From NCBI GenBank assembly GCA_965226375.1, contig CBDDCX010000008.1:1440001-1504000 (forward strand): 64,000 nt of DNA. Direction: 5' to 3'. This document shows, one piece after another, positions 28,109-39,322 of this stretch. Positions within the stretch are counted from its first letter, which is position 1. Each line of letters starts with the position of its first letter. Below the pieces are notes generated by a model. The model ran no database searches. It saw only the letters and a program-made list of their open reading frames with translations, and had not been told where the DNA came from. Origin of the DNA: Longimicrobiales bacterium (GTDB taxonomy: Bacteria; Gemmatimonadota; Gemmatimonadetes; Longimicrobiales; Gaopeijiaceae). The position numbers were made by a program, and so were the translations under genes.

Positions 28109-29074
28109 CTATGCATCTGTGGCCAGCTCGAACAGCTGGGTCACCGATTCGTTCTCGTGTACGCACTGGATGGCTCTCGCAAAGAGGTCGGCCACCGAAA
28201 GTATCTTCAAACTCTCGAAGCGACGCTCCTCGGCCACATGGATCGTGTTGGTCACCACGAACTCCTCCAGGGGCGCCGCCGCGAGCTTCTCGGTGGCGCT
28301 GCCGGAGAGCACTGCGTGCGTGGCCCCAGCATACACCTGCCGGGCGCCTCGTTCACGTAGAGCAGTCACGGCGTTCGCCAATGTTCCGCCCGTATCGACC
28401 ATGTCGTCGACGAGAAGGCAGGTTCTACCGTCCACCTCACCGACCACGTTGAGCACCTCGGCTTCGTTGGCCGCGGGCCTCCGCTTGTCGATGATGGCAA
28501 ACGTGCCGCCGAGCCGCTTGGCGAATCCCCGAGCCATCTTGGCCGACCCCACATCAGGCGCCACCACCACGAGATCCGGCAGCTTCTTGTCCAAGAAGTA
28601 CTGGATCAGGACAGGCGCAGCATAAAGATGGTCCACCGGAATATCGAAGAACCCCTGGATCTGATGTTGATGGAAATCCATGCCGATAAGGCGGTCCGCA
28701 CCGGCAGCGACCATGAGGTTCGCCACCAACTTGGCGCCGATCGCCACCCGAGGCTGATCCTTTCGGTCCTGTCGACCGTAGCCGTAGTACGGGACCACAG
28801 CCGTCACCCGTGCCGCCGAGGCCCGTGTCGCAGCGTCGATCAGCAGGAGAAGCTCCATAATGCTGTCCGCGGGAGCCACCGTCGGCTGGATGATGAAGAC
28901 GTCCCGGCCACGGGCATTTCGCTCGATACGAACGAAGATCTCTCCGTCGGAGAAATCACGAATCGTGGCGGATTCGGGGTCCTCTCCGAGAATCTGCCCG
29001 ATCTCTAGTCCCAGGGGGCGATTCGCCCGTCCGGAAAGCACGAGGAGCGGTCCCCTACGAAATGTGTCGTCCAT
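28109..29074 (-). CDS. prs: Ribose-phosphate pyrophosphokinase
   Basis: FSDGE, PYYGYGRQDRK, IQGFFDIPVD, VDDMVDTGGT. Confidence 0.97.
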   Translation of the reverse strand: MDDTFRRGPLLVLSGRANRPLGLEIGQILGEDPESATIRDFSDGEIFVRIERNARGRDVFIIQPTVAPADSIMELLLLIDAATRASAARVTAVVPYYGYGRQDRKDQPRVAIGAKLVANLMVAAGADRLIGMDFHQHQIQGFFDIPVDHLYAAPVLIQYFLDKKLPDLVVVAPDVGSAKMARGFAKRLGGTFAIIDKRRPAANEAEVLNVVGEVDGRTCLLVDDMVDTGGTLANAVTALRERGARQVYAGATHAVLSGSATEKLAAAPLEEFVVTNTIHVAEERRFESLKILSVADLFARAIQCVHENESVTQLFELATDA

Positions 29075-29116
29075 TGACCTCAGACCGAGTGTGGCGCCAA
29101 GCGGCAACAGCCTGAA

Positions 29117-29145
29117 AAGTTAGACTTTCCGACAAACGTCGTCAA
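29117..29145 (-). promoter_or_regulatory. Sigma70-type promoter of prs-rplY-pth
   Basis: TTGACG-17 nt-TAACTT, identical hexamers to the ffs promoter. Confidence 0.65.
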
Positions 29146-29180
29146 CGCCGAACGTCTTGTGCCTGAGCGACTTTCAAGCG

Positions 29181-31037
29181 TTACCGCAAGATCTGAACAG
29201 CTCGTGTCCTCACCAACGGTTCCCGGCCTCGAACGGACACCTCCAGGCGGAGCAGATACTCACCCGCCTCGAGCTCGGGCAAGTCCACGTTCACGGAGCG
29301 AAACCAAGGCCCGGTATGACCCGGACCGGGTTCGCTCCAGCCGATCTGAAGAGGCTCGTCATCTCCACCGCCCAGACCCAACCACCGCCCGACTCTCTCC
29401 AAAACGCCCTCCCCTTCTTCGGAGACGCTCAACTCGAAGTCCACACGCTCCTCCCGCCAACCCAAGCCGAAGATCTCCCAGCCCACGGCGAGCGGTTGCC
29501 CCGAGACCAACTCGAGTGACGGTCTCATGAGAGGTAGAGCCTGATCGAGTCGGGCCGGAGGCGTATCGACAGGATCCAGAATGATCAGGTCGGAGAGGGT
29601 GGCCAAGTCCTGCGGTACGCTGTCGGTGACCAGGCCGAGGCGGATGCGCCCAGCGCGGCGCTCGTCGGGAGCCCAGGCCTCGAGGCTCATGAGATAACGG
29701 CCCGCCGGGGCGGACAGCGCGAGCACACCCTCACTCTCTCCAAAACGCCTCGCCTCGCGAAGCCCATTCTCAGGATCGATGAGAAAGAGGCCGACCTGGG
29801 CAGGCTGATCCAAGAACTCGGGTTGTGCCCACGGGAGTGGGCCTTCCGGCTCGGCTGAGGGGATCTCACCGACCATCACCTCGGTGACCGACTGGTGGTC
29901 GGATCGCTCAGGTAGTCGAGTGGCAGCAGCCACCAGGATGGAATCCCCGCGGTGAAACACGGCTACCTGCCCAACCCCCGGATCGAGGTCGGGTGAATAA
30001 GCCGCCACGTGCGCTTCTCGGGGACGTTCCTTCGGCAGCCAGGAGCCTCGGTCGGTCAGCCACGGCCGCTCCAGGACGACACCGGGCGGCACGAATTCCC
30101 GGGTCCCGGGCAGGTCGTGGCCGACGGTCATGCTCTCTTGACCGAGCGATCCGACGCTCGGCCGACGTCGCTCCCAACCGCGATCCCATCCGTAGCGGAC
30201 CGTCAACTCCTCGAGATCACTTCCCCACGGCACTCCACGTGGGCTACGGGCACGATCGCTCATCTCGGAGTAGGTCCACCGAGCATAATGCTCCGTCTCC
30301 CTGTCGTTCCCCGACATCAGATACAGGGGATCGGCCAGAATCCAGAACCTGGCCCTGAGGAGCTCCCACTCCTCGTCGGCGGCATCGTTCATCACGGCCT
30401 TCGCCCTTCCGTCGAGGAGGACCTCGGGATACCGCCACTCACGTGCCTTCTTCGGGTCCATGCCGGAGAGACCACGGCGGAAAGACGACATGGCCGGTCC
30501 GTATCGCCCTGCACCGTGTTGCGCGAATCCCAGGAGTACGTCGCACCACCAGGTCGGCTCGACCCCGCACGCGCCGGCCACCTCCATGGCCTGGCCCCAT
30601 CGGCCCGCCTCCGCAAGGTAGAAGATCCGCTGTCCGAGTATCCACCGATCTCCAGGAATTCGCACGGAAAGCTCGGAGAGCTCGGCCAACAGCCCCTCGC
30701 GCAGTCGCACAACCTCGGGGGTGTCCGCAATGGGCCGCCACCCGCTGTCTTCGTCGTGCCACTGACAGAAACGGCCTACGCGATTGTCGCACGGGTGGCC
30801 GCTCTCACCCGGTGTCCAGGGTAGGGTGGCTCGTCGTCGACGCTCGAAACGGCTCTGGGCGCGTCGGGCCACACCGAGTAGGTCGGATGAGTCGGGAGGC
30901 GAAGACTGGGGAATGGGCTGAAGATGCCTCGCTTTCGACTCGCCAGACATCATCGCGGCCTGGATTTCACCCTGCCCGGGACCCACCGCCAGTCCCATGG
31001 CCATCCACAGCGCGGGCCGGAGGGGAGTCTTGATCAT
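29181..31037 (-). CDS. Secreted GWxTD-domain-like protein
   Basis: FWILADPLYL..NDRETEHYARW..WGSDLEELTVRYGW resembles the GWxTD core; beta-rich C-term (GEYLLRLEV); start uncertain. Confidence 0.6.
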   Translation of the reverse strand: MIKTPLRPALWMAMGLAVGPGQGEIQAAMMSGESKARHLQPIPQSSPPDSSDLLGVARRAQSRFERRRRATLPWTPGESGHPCDNRVGRFCQWHDEDSGWRPIADTPEVVRLREGLLAELSELSVRIPGDRWILGQRIFYLAEAGRWGQAMEVAGACGVEPTWWCDVLLGFAQHGAGRYGPAMSSFRRGLSGMDPKKAREWRYPEVLLDGRAKAVMNDAADEEWELLRARFWILADPLYLMSGNDRETEHYARWTYSEMSDRARSPRGVPWGSDLEELTVRYGWDRGWERRRPSVGSLGQESMTVGHDLPGTREFVPPGVVLERPWLTDRGSWLPKERPREAHVAAYSPDLDPGVGQVAVFHRGDSILVAAATRLPERSDHQSVTEVMVGEIPSAEPEGPLPWAQPEFLDQPAQVGLFLIDPENGLREARRFGESEGVLALSAPAGRYLMSLEAWAPDERRAGRIRLGLVTDSVPQDLATLSDLIILDPVDTPPARLDQALPLMRPSLELVSGQPLAVGWEIFGLGWREERVDFELSVSEEGEGVLERVGRWLGLGGGDDEPLQIGWSEPGPGHTGPWFRSVNVDLPELEAGEYLLRLEVSVRGREPLVRTRAVQILR

Positions 31038-31209
31038 GCTGGGTATCCGTGCCTCATCTTCATCAATCCAACGACACCTCGATGCCGGTATGGGTCCGCG
31101 GAGAATCGCACGGCCGAAGAAAACATTGCTCATTGAGCACGCTCGGCCTAGTGAATTGCACCAATCACTTCGACCGGGATCGGTCGATGACCACGACAGG
31201 AGATCACAG

Positions 31210-31656
31210 ATGAAAGCTTGGTTCGGCGTTCCCGCCGTATTGGCGGTTTGCCTCATCGCCGCGCAGTCCGAAGCAACCCTCCAACCCCCGTCGCAGGAAG
31301 CCGCCGTAGTTGTAATAGGCCTGAACGGGGACGTCATCACCGCTTCGCCAAACGTAGTGGTGGCGAACCGCGGTCAGGCGGTCGAATGGCAGCTGGCCCC
31401 GGGATCCGGCATCGAACGATTCCAGGTTCGATGCGAATCCGGTCGGCCGTTCGGCGCCGGCGCGTCGCAGCAGGGACTCGACAGCAACCGAGGCCCTTCC
31501 GAAGACGCGTCCCACCGCGCCCGGGCCGTCGTTTCCGGCGAAGCCGAGGTCGGGGCGCGATACAAGTACGACATCCGGGTGTGGACAGGGCCTGGCGAAC
31601 CACTTTTCCTCGACCCTGAGGTACAGATCGGCACAGGGGGAGAGGGCCAAAGCTAG
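31210..31656 (+). CDS. Small secreted beta-sandwich protein (cupredoxin/DP-EP-like)
   Basis: AGGAGA RBS, signal peptide, C-terminal YKYDIRV..LDPEVQI. Confidence 0.65.
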   Translation: MKAWFGVPAVLAVCLIAAQSEATLQPPSQEAAVVVIGLNGDVITASPNVVVANRGQAVEWQLAPGSGIERFQVRCESGRPFGAGASQQGLDSNRGPSEDASHRARAVVSGEAEVGARYKYDIRVWTGPGEPLFLDPEVQIGTGGEGQS

Positions 31657-31675
31657 CGGTCCGCCATTAGTAACC

Positions 31676-34143
31676 CTATCGGGGCTCGGTGGCCGTCAGG
31701 GCCTTGAAGTCCTCGTGGTCACCGAGCCCCCTCCACCACCAGTCATTGGCGATGTAGTCCCGCCTGTCGGGTAGCCGTTCGAGGAATTCCCCCAGCAGGG
31801 CAACAGCCCGCTCCGGGTCGCCAAGCTGTATCTGGGCGTTCGCCTCGTAATATCGGGACCAAGGATCGTCGGCCACTCGCGGCCGCACACGCTCGACCAC
31901 CGCTCGGGCACTATCGGCCAGTCCGGCACGGGCAAGAACACCCGCTACCAGGAGTTCGCCATTGTCCCATCCACGCAAAGTCGTACTCAACTCCCACGCC
32001 GTCTCGACGTCGGCGTCGGCCCCCTCCCATCCAGACAAAATGACCAGGGCGGTGGCCGGAAAGGCCACCTCGGCGGGGTAACGATCTCGACCGGCGTCGG
32101 TCCACGTCTCAGCTCGCTCCAGATCTCCGAGATCGAGCCACACCTGGCCCAATGTGAAAATGATCTCTTTCTCCGCGTTGCTCAGGAACGGGTCGGCATC
32201 CAGGGCACGCTGCGCCGCGAGGGAAGCCTGCGCGAAGTCACCACCCACACGCAGGAGATCCGCCAGAGCCACCCAAGCCAGGGCCCTCGTCGAGTCCGCC
32301 TCGACGGCTGCCCTGAGGTCCTCCTCAGCGGCCTGGCGAAGCGTCCTCACCGCAGTCGAATCGGAAGCGATGGATCCCAGCCAGCTCAAGTCGTTCCGAA
32401 GAACACCTCTGAGCTCCAAGGCGGTGGCATCCTGACCCTTGGTCTCGAGGGCCCTCTCGGCATGGGCAATCCCCAGCCGGAGTGCAGCCTCGTCACGACC
32501 GCTCCTCGTCGCCGTCAGGCCAGCCACCGACCACCACACCCAACCCCTCTGGACCACCGGCTCAATCCAATCGGGATCGAACGACTCTGCCAAGGACAGA
32601 ATCGAATCGGCCTGACTCAGGGTGCGCCGCGCCGACTCCGTATCACCCAAGCTCCAACGGAGCGTGTCGGCGGCGTCCATCAGTCGCGCTGCCCGTTGAA
32701 AGGCCTCCCAGGCCTCGCCGCTTTCGGTAGCCGCGCGGACCTCCCTCAACTGAAGCCCACGACCCAGCTGTTGCCCCAGCAGGCGCGTCGCCTCTGCCAC
32801 GATGTCGTCGCGAAGAGCGAGCAGGTCGTCACCCCCACGGATGATCCGCTCACTAAAGGACTGAGTCCCCGTCACACCGTCCACGAGTTGGACCGTGGCG
32901 ACGAGTTGGTCCCCCGAGCGCTCGACGCTCCCCTCGACGAGACTGCCGGCTTCGAGGACCCGGGCCAAGCTGTCTATGGGAATCGGGTTGTCGCGGTACG
33001 GCTTGACCCCGTTACGCGAAACGACCCGGAGCGGCTGGATCTGCCCGAGGGCGTGGATGAGCGACTCCGTGAGTCCATCCGCCAGATAGCCCAGGTCCTG
33101 GTCGGGGCTGAGGTCGTCGAAGTAGAGCACGGCGATCTGCGTGGGATCCAGAGAGGACCCCATATCCGCGGTCGTAATCCAGGAACGCAGCGACACCGCC
33201 AGCAAAGAGACGAGGGCCGCTGCAACACCTACCCGCACCGTCCGGCTCCGTAGAGCATGCACCCGCCCATCATCCGACACCGCACGACCCTTCACCGGAG
33301 TCCCCCCGACCACCGTCCCCGCCAGCGAGTCGAGGAACGCCTTTCCTCGCGGCCAACGATCGAGCGGATCCTTCTCCATGAGCCCGCGCAGCGCATCTTC
33401 AACTAGGAGCGATACGCGCACGCCCCGTTTCGAGAGAGGCTCCGGGGTTCTGCTCAGGTGACTGAGCAGGACCGCTCTAGAGGTTTCACCCGTAAAGGGC
33501 GGAGATCCGGCGAGCATCTCATAAAACACGCATCCGAGAGAGTAGAGATCGCTCTTGCCGTCTATATCACGCTCACCGGCCGCCTGCTCCGGGCTCATAT
33601 ACGCGACGGAGCCCACCGTGAGCCCGGTCGACGTCATCCGCTCTTCATTCGCGTCACTGAGTGCTCTGGCGACCCCGAAGTCCGCAATGAGGGCATGCCC
33701 CTCCGAGAGCAAAATGTTGGCAGGCTTGATGTCACGATGCACGACACCCTGGCCGTGCGCGTAGTCGAGTCCCTCTGCCACGTCACGCACGAGCTGCAGG
33801 GCCTCATCCACCGGCAATCGGCCGTCACGATCCAGCCGGTCACGGAGCGACTCCCCCTCCACATAAGGCATCACGTAGTAGAGGAATCCGTCGGCCTCTC
33901 CAGAATCGTGGAGGGGAAGGACGTGCGGGTGGTTCAGGCGGGCGGCGATCCGGATTTCACGCAGGAAGCGCTCGATCCCACCGTCGCAGCCAACTCAGGA
34001 AGCAGCACCTTGAGCGCGACCCGACGATCGTGCTTGGTGTCCAGGGCCAGATATACCACCGCCATGCCACCCTGACCCAGCTCCCGCTCGAGCGTGTATC
34101 GCCCGGCGAGTGCATCCTTAAGGCGGTCAAAGTCCAGTAGCAT
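31676..34143 (-). pseudogene. Hanks-type Ser/Thr kinase with TM, TolB_N-like and TPR-like regions; one frameshift (pseudogene or sequencing error)
   Basis: [46 protein letters not shown]; one G missing at 33977-33979 (GTG GG[G] ATC GAG CGC TTC = VGIERF). Confidence 0.88.
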
Positions 34144-34262
34144 GTGTCTACCCGTGACGGATCGAGCCCCTCGCCGCCACATCGGAGCAGGTTGCCCTCG
34201 CTCGATGGTTCGGAAAGGAAAACACCCCAGCAACAGCTTTGCGATGACTGGGGTCCCGCGAG

Positions 34263-34333
34263 TTGGCCCGGATGGATTCGAACCATCACCGCCGGTGCCA
34301 AAGACCGGTGTCCTACCATTAGACGACGGGCCA
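34263..34333 (-). tRNA. tRNA-Gln(UUG), CCA not encoded
   Basis: Acceptor stem TGGCCCG/CGGGCCA (U1-A72), anticodon arm CCGGT-CTTTGGC-ACCGG, T-arm GATGG-TTCGAAT-CCATC. Confidence 0.96.
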
Positions 34334-34381
34334 CGAAGCTGTGCCTACCGGTCCAACCCTGACGCATGGATCCGGTGCACA

Positions 34382-34410
34382 ATCCTACCCGAGGGCACCA
34401 CTCGGTTCAA
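34382..34410 (-). promoter_or_regulatory. Sigma70-type promoter of tRNA-Gln
   Basis: TTGAAC-17 nt-TAGGAT. Confidence 0.5.
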
Positions 34411-34429
34411 CCCGTAGCACCCCGGGCAT

Positions 34430-35317
34430 CTACGTCACAACAGAGGGCTTCGGCTGGAGTGCCAGCGTTTGGGTGACCACGAATTGGATGTCCGGCCAGG
34501 ACGACGACAGTGACTCGCTCGCCGACCTGGCAAGTACAGGGCCATCGAAGAGTGCGAAGAGCGCCGCACCGGTACCCGAAAGGCGGGCAGTGAGAGCGCC
34601 TTCATCCTCCATCGACCCCCGCAGCGCCCCTAGCTCTGGATGACGAGCAAAGACGGAGGACTCGAAGTCGTTCACGCAGACCTCGGCGAGTCGCTCCGAT
34701 TGCTCGAACGCTGCAAGATCGTGTGCCGACGGCGCGGCTCGCACATCGGGCTCAAGCTCCTGGAACGCATCGGCGGTAGACACCTTCAAGCGGGGAAGAG
34801 CCAACAGGACCGTCACGTCCTCGTCGGTCGGGAGGGGCAAGAGCTGCTCTCCTCTTCCCCACGCCAACGCCCGTCCGACGCCAGAAGCGAAGAACGGCAC
34901 ATCCGATCCCAGATCCGCCGCGCAACGTAGCAATTCCGACTCGGAGACCGGGTTGTCGAAAAGCATATTCAACGCCCGTAACGCGGCACCTGCATCCGAA
35001 GATCCACCGCCGAGCCCCGCCCCAGCCGGAATGTTCTTGGTCAACCGCATGTGCAGACCGACGTTCGCCGACGTGGCTTCGCGGAACCTCAGTACCGCCC
35101 GATACGCCAGATTCTCCTCAACGGGTCCGACATCGGCTCCGACCACGTCGAGTGACACCCCCTTCTCGGCACGCTCTACTCGTATCTCGTCACAAAAATC
35201 GACGGCGGCGAAGAGTGTCTCAATCTGATGATACCCCGAAATCTCCCGTGCGAGCACTCGCAGAAAGAGGTTGATCTTGGCCGGAGCACTTATATGCACC
35301 GCGTCGACTTCAGCCAC
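34430..35317 (-). CDS. ispE: 4-diphosphocytidyl-2-C-methyl-D-erythritol kinase
   Basis: APAKINLFL, KNIPAGAGLGGGSSDA, GSDVPFF, NDFE, LSGTG. Confidence 0.95.
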   Translation of the reverse strand: MAEVDAVHISAPAKINLFLRVLAREISGYHQIETLFAAVDFCDEIRVERAEKGVSLDVVGADVGPVEENLAYRAVLRFREATSANVGLHMRLTKNIPAGAGLGGGSSDAGAALRALNMLFDNPVSESELLRCAADLGSDVPFFASGVGRALAWGRGEQLLPLPTDEDVTVLLALPRLKVSTADAFQELEPDVRAAPSAHDLAAFEQSERLAEVCVNDFESSVFARHPELGALRGSMEDEGALTARLSGTGAALFALFDGPVLARSASESLSSSWPDIQFVVTQTLALQPKPSVVT

Positions 35318-36398
35318 GATTGGTTTTCTCGGTGCCCTGGTCCGCCTGCCCAGCGGATGCCGACGACCCCGGCGAATCCATCCCAGGCTGCACGGCGGCC
35401 CTACTCCCGCGCATGTCGGCAACGGAGAAGCCCATGCGCCAGACGTAGTAGAATCCAATGATCGTGATCGGAAAGAAGCCTCCGAGGTGGTATCCGAAGG
35501 CGAAGGCCAGCGTCGCCGGAGCCGCAACGCCATAGACACCATTCAACGCCAGGTCCGCCCCGAGCTGGAAGGTGCCGAAGAAGCCGGGAGACGCCGGTAT
35601 GGCTACCGCGAAGCCCACGACGGCGGTGGTGAAGAGCGCTGCATCCAACCCCAGGTCGATCCCAAACGCCTTCATGCCCAACCAGAACGACCAACCGTGC
35701 CAGATCCAGAAGCCGTAACTCCAGAGGATCGCTTGGGTGAGGAGCCTCGGATGCCGCAGCACCTTCAGCGCATGAAGGAACGACTCGAGGGCCCCGACCA
35801 GTCGCTCACCCGTGGGTCCGGGCAGGCGTCCGCAGATCCTTTCGGCAAGGCGGACGAGCGGCTCAGGAAAAATCAGGAGTGCGACCAGACCCGCCAGGAA
35901 TACCGCAAGCATTACGAAGGTCGCCTTGAGAATCGTCCCGCCCGCCCCGGCCAGAAAATCCGCGGTACCTGGAAACGACGGCAGAGCCATGGGCACAAGG
36001 AACAGGGTCACGAGCACCAGCGAGTCCAGGAAGCGCTCGACCACCAGGCTGCCGAAGGCCCCCGAGACCGTGACCTTCTCGGCCCTGCTCAACGCGAACG
36101 GCCTAGCGATCTCTCCGAGTCTCGCGGGGAAGACGTTGTTGACGGCAAAGCCGATGCAGATAGCGGCGAACCGAGACCGAACCCGAGTGACGGGGGCCAC
36201 CGGCTGGAGCAGCACGTTCCAACGGAGCGCCCGGATGAAATAGCCGAACATGCCTACGACCATGGAAGCCAGGAAGTACCAGGGATTCGCCCGCGAAATC
36301 TGCGCGACGATTTCCCCGGGGTCCTCGCCCCGGAGTACCCACCAAATGAAGAAGGCGCTGACGCCTACTCCGAGCACCACCTTCCAGTTCAGCCTCAA
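35310..36398 (-). CDS. Lysylphosphatidylglycerol-synthase TM domain (UPF0104 flippase-like) protein
   Basis: [31 protein letters not shown]. Confidence 0.85.
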   Translation of the reverse strand: MRLNWKVVLGVGVSAFFIWWVLRGEDPGEIVAQISRANPWYFLASMVVGMFGYFIRALRWNVLLQPVAPVTRVRSRFAAICIGFAVNNVFPARLGEIARPFALSRAEKVTVSGAFGSLVVERFLDSLVLVTLFLVPMALPSFPGTADFLAGAGGTILKATFVMLAVFLAGLVALLIFPEPLVRLAERICGRLPGPTGERLVGALESFLHALKVLRHPRLLTQAILWSYGFWIWHGWSFWLGMKAFGIDLGLDAALFTTAVVGFAVAIPASPGFFGTFQLGADLALNGVYGVAAPATLAFAFGYHLGGFFPITIIGFYYVWRMGFSVADMRGSRAAVQPGMDSPGSSASAGQADQGTEKTNRG

Positions 36399-37138
36399 GC
36401 GCGGTCCACTCCACGCCTGGCGGCCTTGATCAGCTCACCCATCTCGCGCACCGCCCGCTCCATACCGACCAGAACCGCACGAGAAATGATGGAGTGACCG
36501 ATGTTCAATTCCTCGATGAGTTCGATGGCCGCTACCGGCGTGACATTCTCGTACGTCAGCCCGTGTCCGGCGTGAACCGACAGGCCGAGACTCGACGCAA
36601 GTGTCGACGCGTCGGCCAGTCGGGCAAGTTGGACTTCACCTTCCGCAGTGGTCCAGGTGTTGGCGTACTCACCCGTGTGAAGCTCAACGGCGTCGACACC
36701 CAGATCGGCCGACGTCCGGACCACATCCTCGTCGGGATCGATGAACAGTGCCGTGCGTATGCCGGCTTCGCTCAGTCGCTCGAGGGCCGCCTCCGTCGAA
36801 GCACGAACCCCGTCGTCTCGCAACGCCAGCCCCCCCTCGGTCGTTACTTCCTCTCGCTTCTCCGGTACCAGAGTCGCCTGCATCGGCAGCAGCTCACAAG
36901 CGATGTCCAGGACATCCGTGGCCGTAGCGAGCTCGAGGTTGATCCCGGTGCGAGCAGTCTTCATCAGGAGCCGGACATCTCTCTCATTGACGTGACGACG
37001 ATCTTCACGCAGGTGCACCGTGATCCCGTGGGCGCCCGCCAACTCCACCAATACTGCGGCGCGAACCGGATCGGGCTCGTCCGTGCGCCGGGCTTCACGG
37101 ACGGTAGCGACATGGTCGATGTTGACGTAGAACCTCAT
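36395..37138 (-). CDS. pdxJ: Pyridoxine 5'-phosphate synthase
   Basis: [34 protein letters not shown]. Confidence 0.97.
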   Translation of the reverse strand: MRFYVNIDHVATVREARRTDEPDPVRAAVLVELAGAHGITVHLREDRRHVNERDVRLLMKTARTGINLELATATDVLDIACELLPMQATLVPEKREEVTTEGGLALRDDGVRASTEAALERLSEAGIRTALFIDPDEDVVRTSADLGVDAVELHTGEYANTWTTAEGEVQLARLADASTLASSLGLSVHAGHGLTYENVTPVAAIELIEELNIGHSIISRAVLVGMERAVREMGELIKAARRGVDRA

Positions 37139-38004
37139 CGCTCGACCTCGAACAGTTTCCAAACCGAATGCATGGCTTCCTCATTGATGTCGTCGGGTCC
37201 CAAGAGCTCGATCAGCTCCCGGCCGAGGACCTTATAGAGTTCCCCCGATCGCGGATCGACACTTCTCAAGTGCAGACTGAGCGTCTCGACCTCGCCTCGG
37301 GTTATCGGTCCCACCAGGGCTCGTTCCAAGCCCATTTCCTCGATGTTGTCGATAGTCCCGCGCGCCAGGGCGAGCAACGCGACCTTAGCGTCTTCACCGG
37401 ACACCCCCGCCGACCCGAGCATTCGATAGGCCGACGCCAGTACGACAGCAAGATAGTTCGATCCCAGTATAGCTGCCGCATGCTGGCTGGGACGGTATCG
37501 GGCGGGCACCGAAAGTGCCCGACACCCCAGAACGCCCAGGAGTCGCTGGGCCACCTGTAGAGCAGGCGGCTCTCCCGCAATCGAGACGGACGATCCTGCA
37601 AGTCGCTCAGCCCCGGTGACAGAGTGGGCCACGGTCTGGAGGGGATAGAACGAGCCCACGTTGTAACCCACGGCGTGAAGAGGGCTCAGCGCGTCGGTAC
37701 TGAGGGCACCGGACATGTGGAACGCGGCGCAACGCTCCGGCGCTTCCCCCTGTGCCGCGATCGCTCGCGCGATCTCTGGAATCACGTCGTCCGGAACGGC
37801 CAGAAAGACAGCCGTCGTCCCCGGAGAAGGCCGTTCCAGCCCGAACACGTAGCGGGCCACACCCTGGTTGAAGAGCGGATGTGATGGTGGCTCGGGGCGG
37901 CGTCCTTGGTACTCGAGGCTCTCCACACCATCGGCCTGCCAAAGAGCCAGTCCCAGCGCGAGCCCAAGCCTTCCGGGGCCCACGATTACCAGGCGGTCGG
38001 TCAT
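37135..38004 (-). CDS. Rossmann-like + DUF2520 oxidoreductase
   Basis: GPGRLG, AVPDD, HMSGA, YPLQT, GPITRG. Confidence 0.85.
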   Translation of the reverse strand: MTDRLVIVGPGRLGLALGLALWQADGVESLEYQGRRPEPPSHPLFNQGVARYVFGLERPSPGTTAVFLAVPDDVIPEIARAIAAQGEAPERCAAFHMSGALSTDALSPLHAVGYNVGSFYPLQTVAHSVTGAERLAGSSVSIAGEPPALQVAQRLLGVLGCRALSVPARYRPSQHAAAILGSNYLAVVLASAYRMLGSAGVSGEDAKVALLALARGTIDNIEEMGLERALVGPITRGEVETLSLHLRSVDPRSGELYKVLGRELIELLGPDDINEEAMHSVWKLFEVER

Positions 38005-39302
38005 GTCGTGGTACCGTGCTCCCGGACCAACTCGAGCCCTTCGATCTGAGCGAGTCGACCCCACAGCGCGGGGGTAACCCTGATCTCGAGCTCGATCGTG
38101 GTCCCGTTATGCGATTGCTCCAGCACCTCCCCCTCCCTGTGTAGCAAGGCCAGAGTCTGACCGTCCTGAGCGGCGACACGCACGGAGAGGTGCTGCAGCC
38201 CGCCACGTATGCGCGCCTTGAGGACCGATTTAAGGCCTTCGAGCGTCTGGGTGTCCAGAGCGGACACGAATACTGCGGGGGTGGGCTCGAGCGCTCGCGT
38301 CCGCTGACCGAGGGCATCTTCCTCGCGGTGTGTCAGGCGATCGATCTTGTTGAAGGCCAGCACCTGCGGACGATCGGCCAGATCGAGCGTATTCAGTACT
38401 TCCTCGACGACCTCCTTCTGCTCCTCCCAGTCCGGATGGGAAGCATCGATAACATGTAGAAGGAGGTTGGCCTCGCGGGCCTCTTCGAGCGTCGATCGGA
38501 AGGAAGCGACCAGGTGGTGAGGCAGCTTTCGAATGAACCCCACCGTATCGGTCACCAGAACCTCGAAGCCGTCCCCGAGAGGCACGGATCGGGTCGCGGA
38601 GTCCAGCGTGGCAAAGAGCCGGTCCTCGACAAAGAGGTCCGACCCCGACAGAGCGCGCAGAAGGGAAGATTTACCGGCATTGGTATAGCCCACGAGTGCC
38701 ACTCGAAAGCTTCCGTCGCGGGACCGGCGCTGGATCTCTCGGGCACGCGCAACGCCCTCCAGCTTCTTGCGGAGATCGGCGATCCTGCGACCGATCAAGC
38801 GACGGTCCGATTCCAGCTGTGTTTCCCCCGGACCCCGGAGCCCCACACCACCACGGATTCTGGAGAGGTGGGTCCACATCCGCTTCAGTCGGGGAAGCAG
38901 GTACTGAAGCTGAGCCAGCTCGACCTGCATCTTGGACTCACTGGTGCGCGCCCGCCTGGCGAAAATATCGAGGATGAGCTCGGAACGATCCATGACCCGC
39001 ACTCCAACACGATCCTCGAGGGCCTTACCCTGCGCGGGGGTCAACTCCTCATCGAATATCACGAGGTCGGCCGACTCCGCCGTCACACGCTCACGGAGCT
39101 CGTCGACCTTACCCTGACCGATGTAGAAGCGGGGATGAGGCTTGTCGATCCACTGGCGGACAACGTCGACGACTTGCCCGCCGGCCGTGTCGGTAAGCCG
39201 CGTGAGCTCTTCGAGGTGCTCCAGAACAACACGCTCGTCGAGCGTCTTGAGCGGAGCTCCAACCAGAACAGTCCGATCGACGGGCGTCTGGTTGTCTATC
39301 AA
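38001..39302 (-). CDS. hflX: GTPase HflX
   Basis: LILDIFA, RGPGETQLE, GYTNAGKS, LFATLD, DTVGFI, NKID. Confidence 0.97.
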   Translation of the reverse strand: MIDNQTPVDRTVLVGAPLKTLDERVVLEHLEELTRLTDTAGGQVVDVVRQWIDKPHPRFYIGQGKVDELRERVTAESADLVIFDEELTPAQGKALEDRVGVRVMDRSELILDIFARRARTSESKMQVELAQLQYLLPRLKRMWTHLSRIRGGVGLRGPGETQLESDRRLIGRRIADLRKKLEGVARAREIQRRSRDGSFRVALVGYTNAGKSSLLRALSGSDLFVEDRLFATLDSATRSVPLGDGFEVLVTDTVGFIRKLPHHLVASFRSTLEEAREANLLLHVIDASHPDWEEQKEVVEEVLNTLDLADRPQVLAFNKIDRLTHREEDALGQRTRALEPTPAVFVSALDTQTLEGLKSVLKARIRGGLQHLSVRVAAQDGQTLALLHREGEVLEQSHNGTTIELEIRVTPALWGRLAQIEGLELVREHGTTT

Positions 39303-39322
39303 CTGGGTGGGAATAACGACTC

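Noticed and set aside
31143..31160. Sigma54 promoter for the small secreted protein
   Set aside because: GG-to-GC spacing is 11 nt rather than the required 10
29146..34262. Integrative island at tRNA-Gln
   Set aside because: No integrase and no duplicated tRNA 3' end seen near prs
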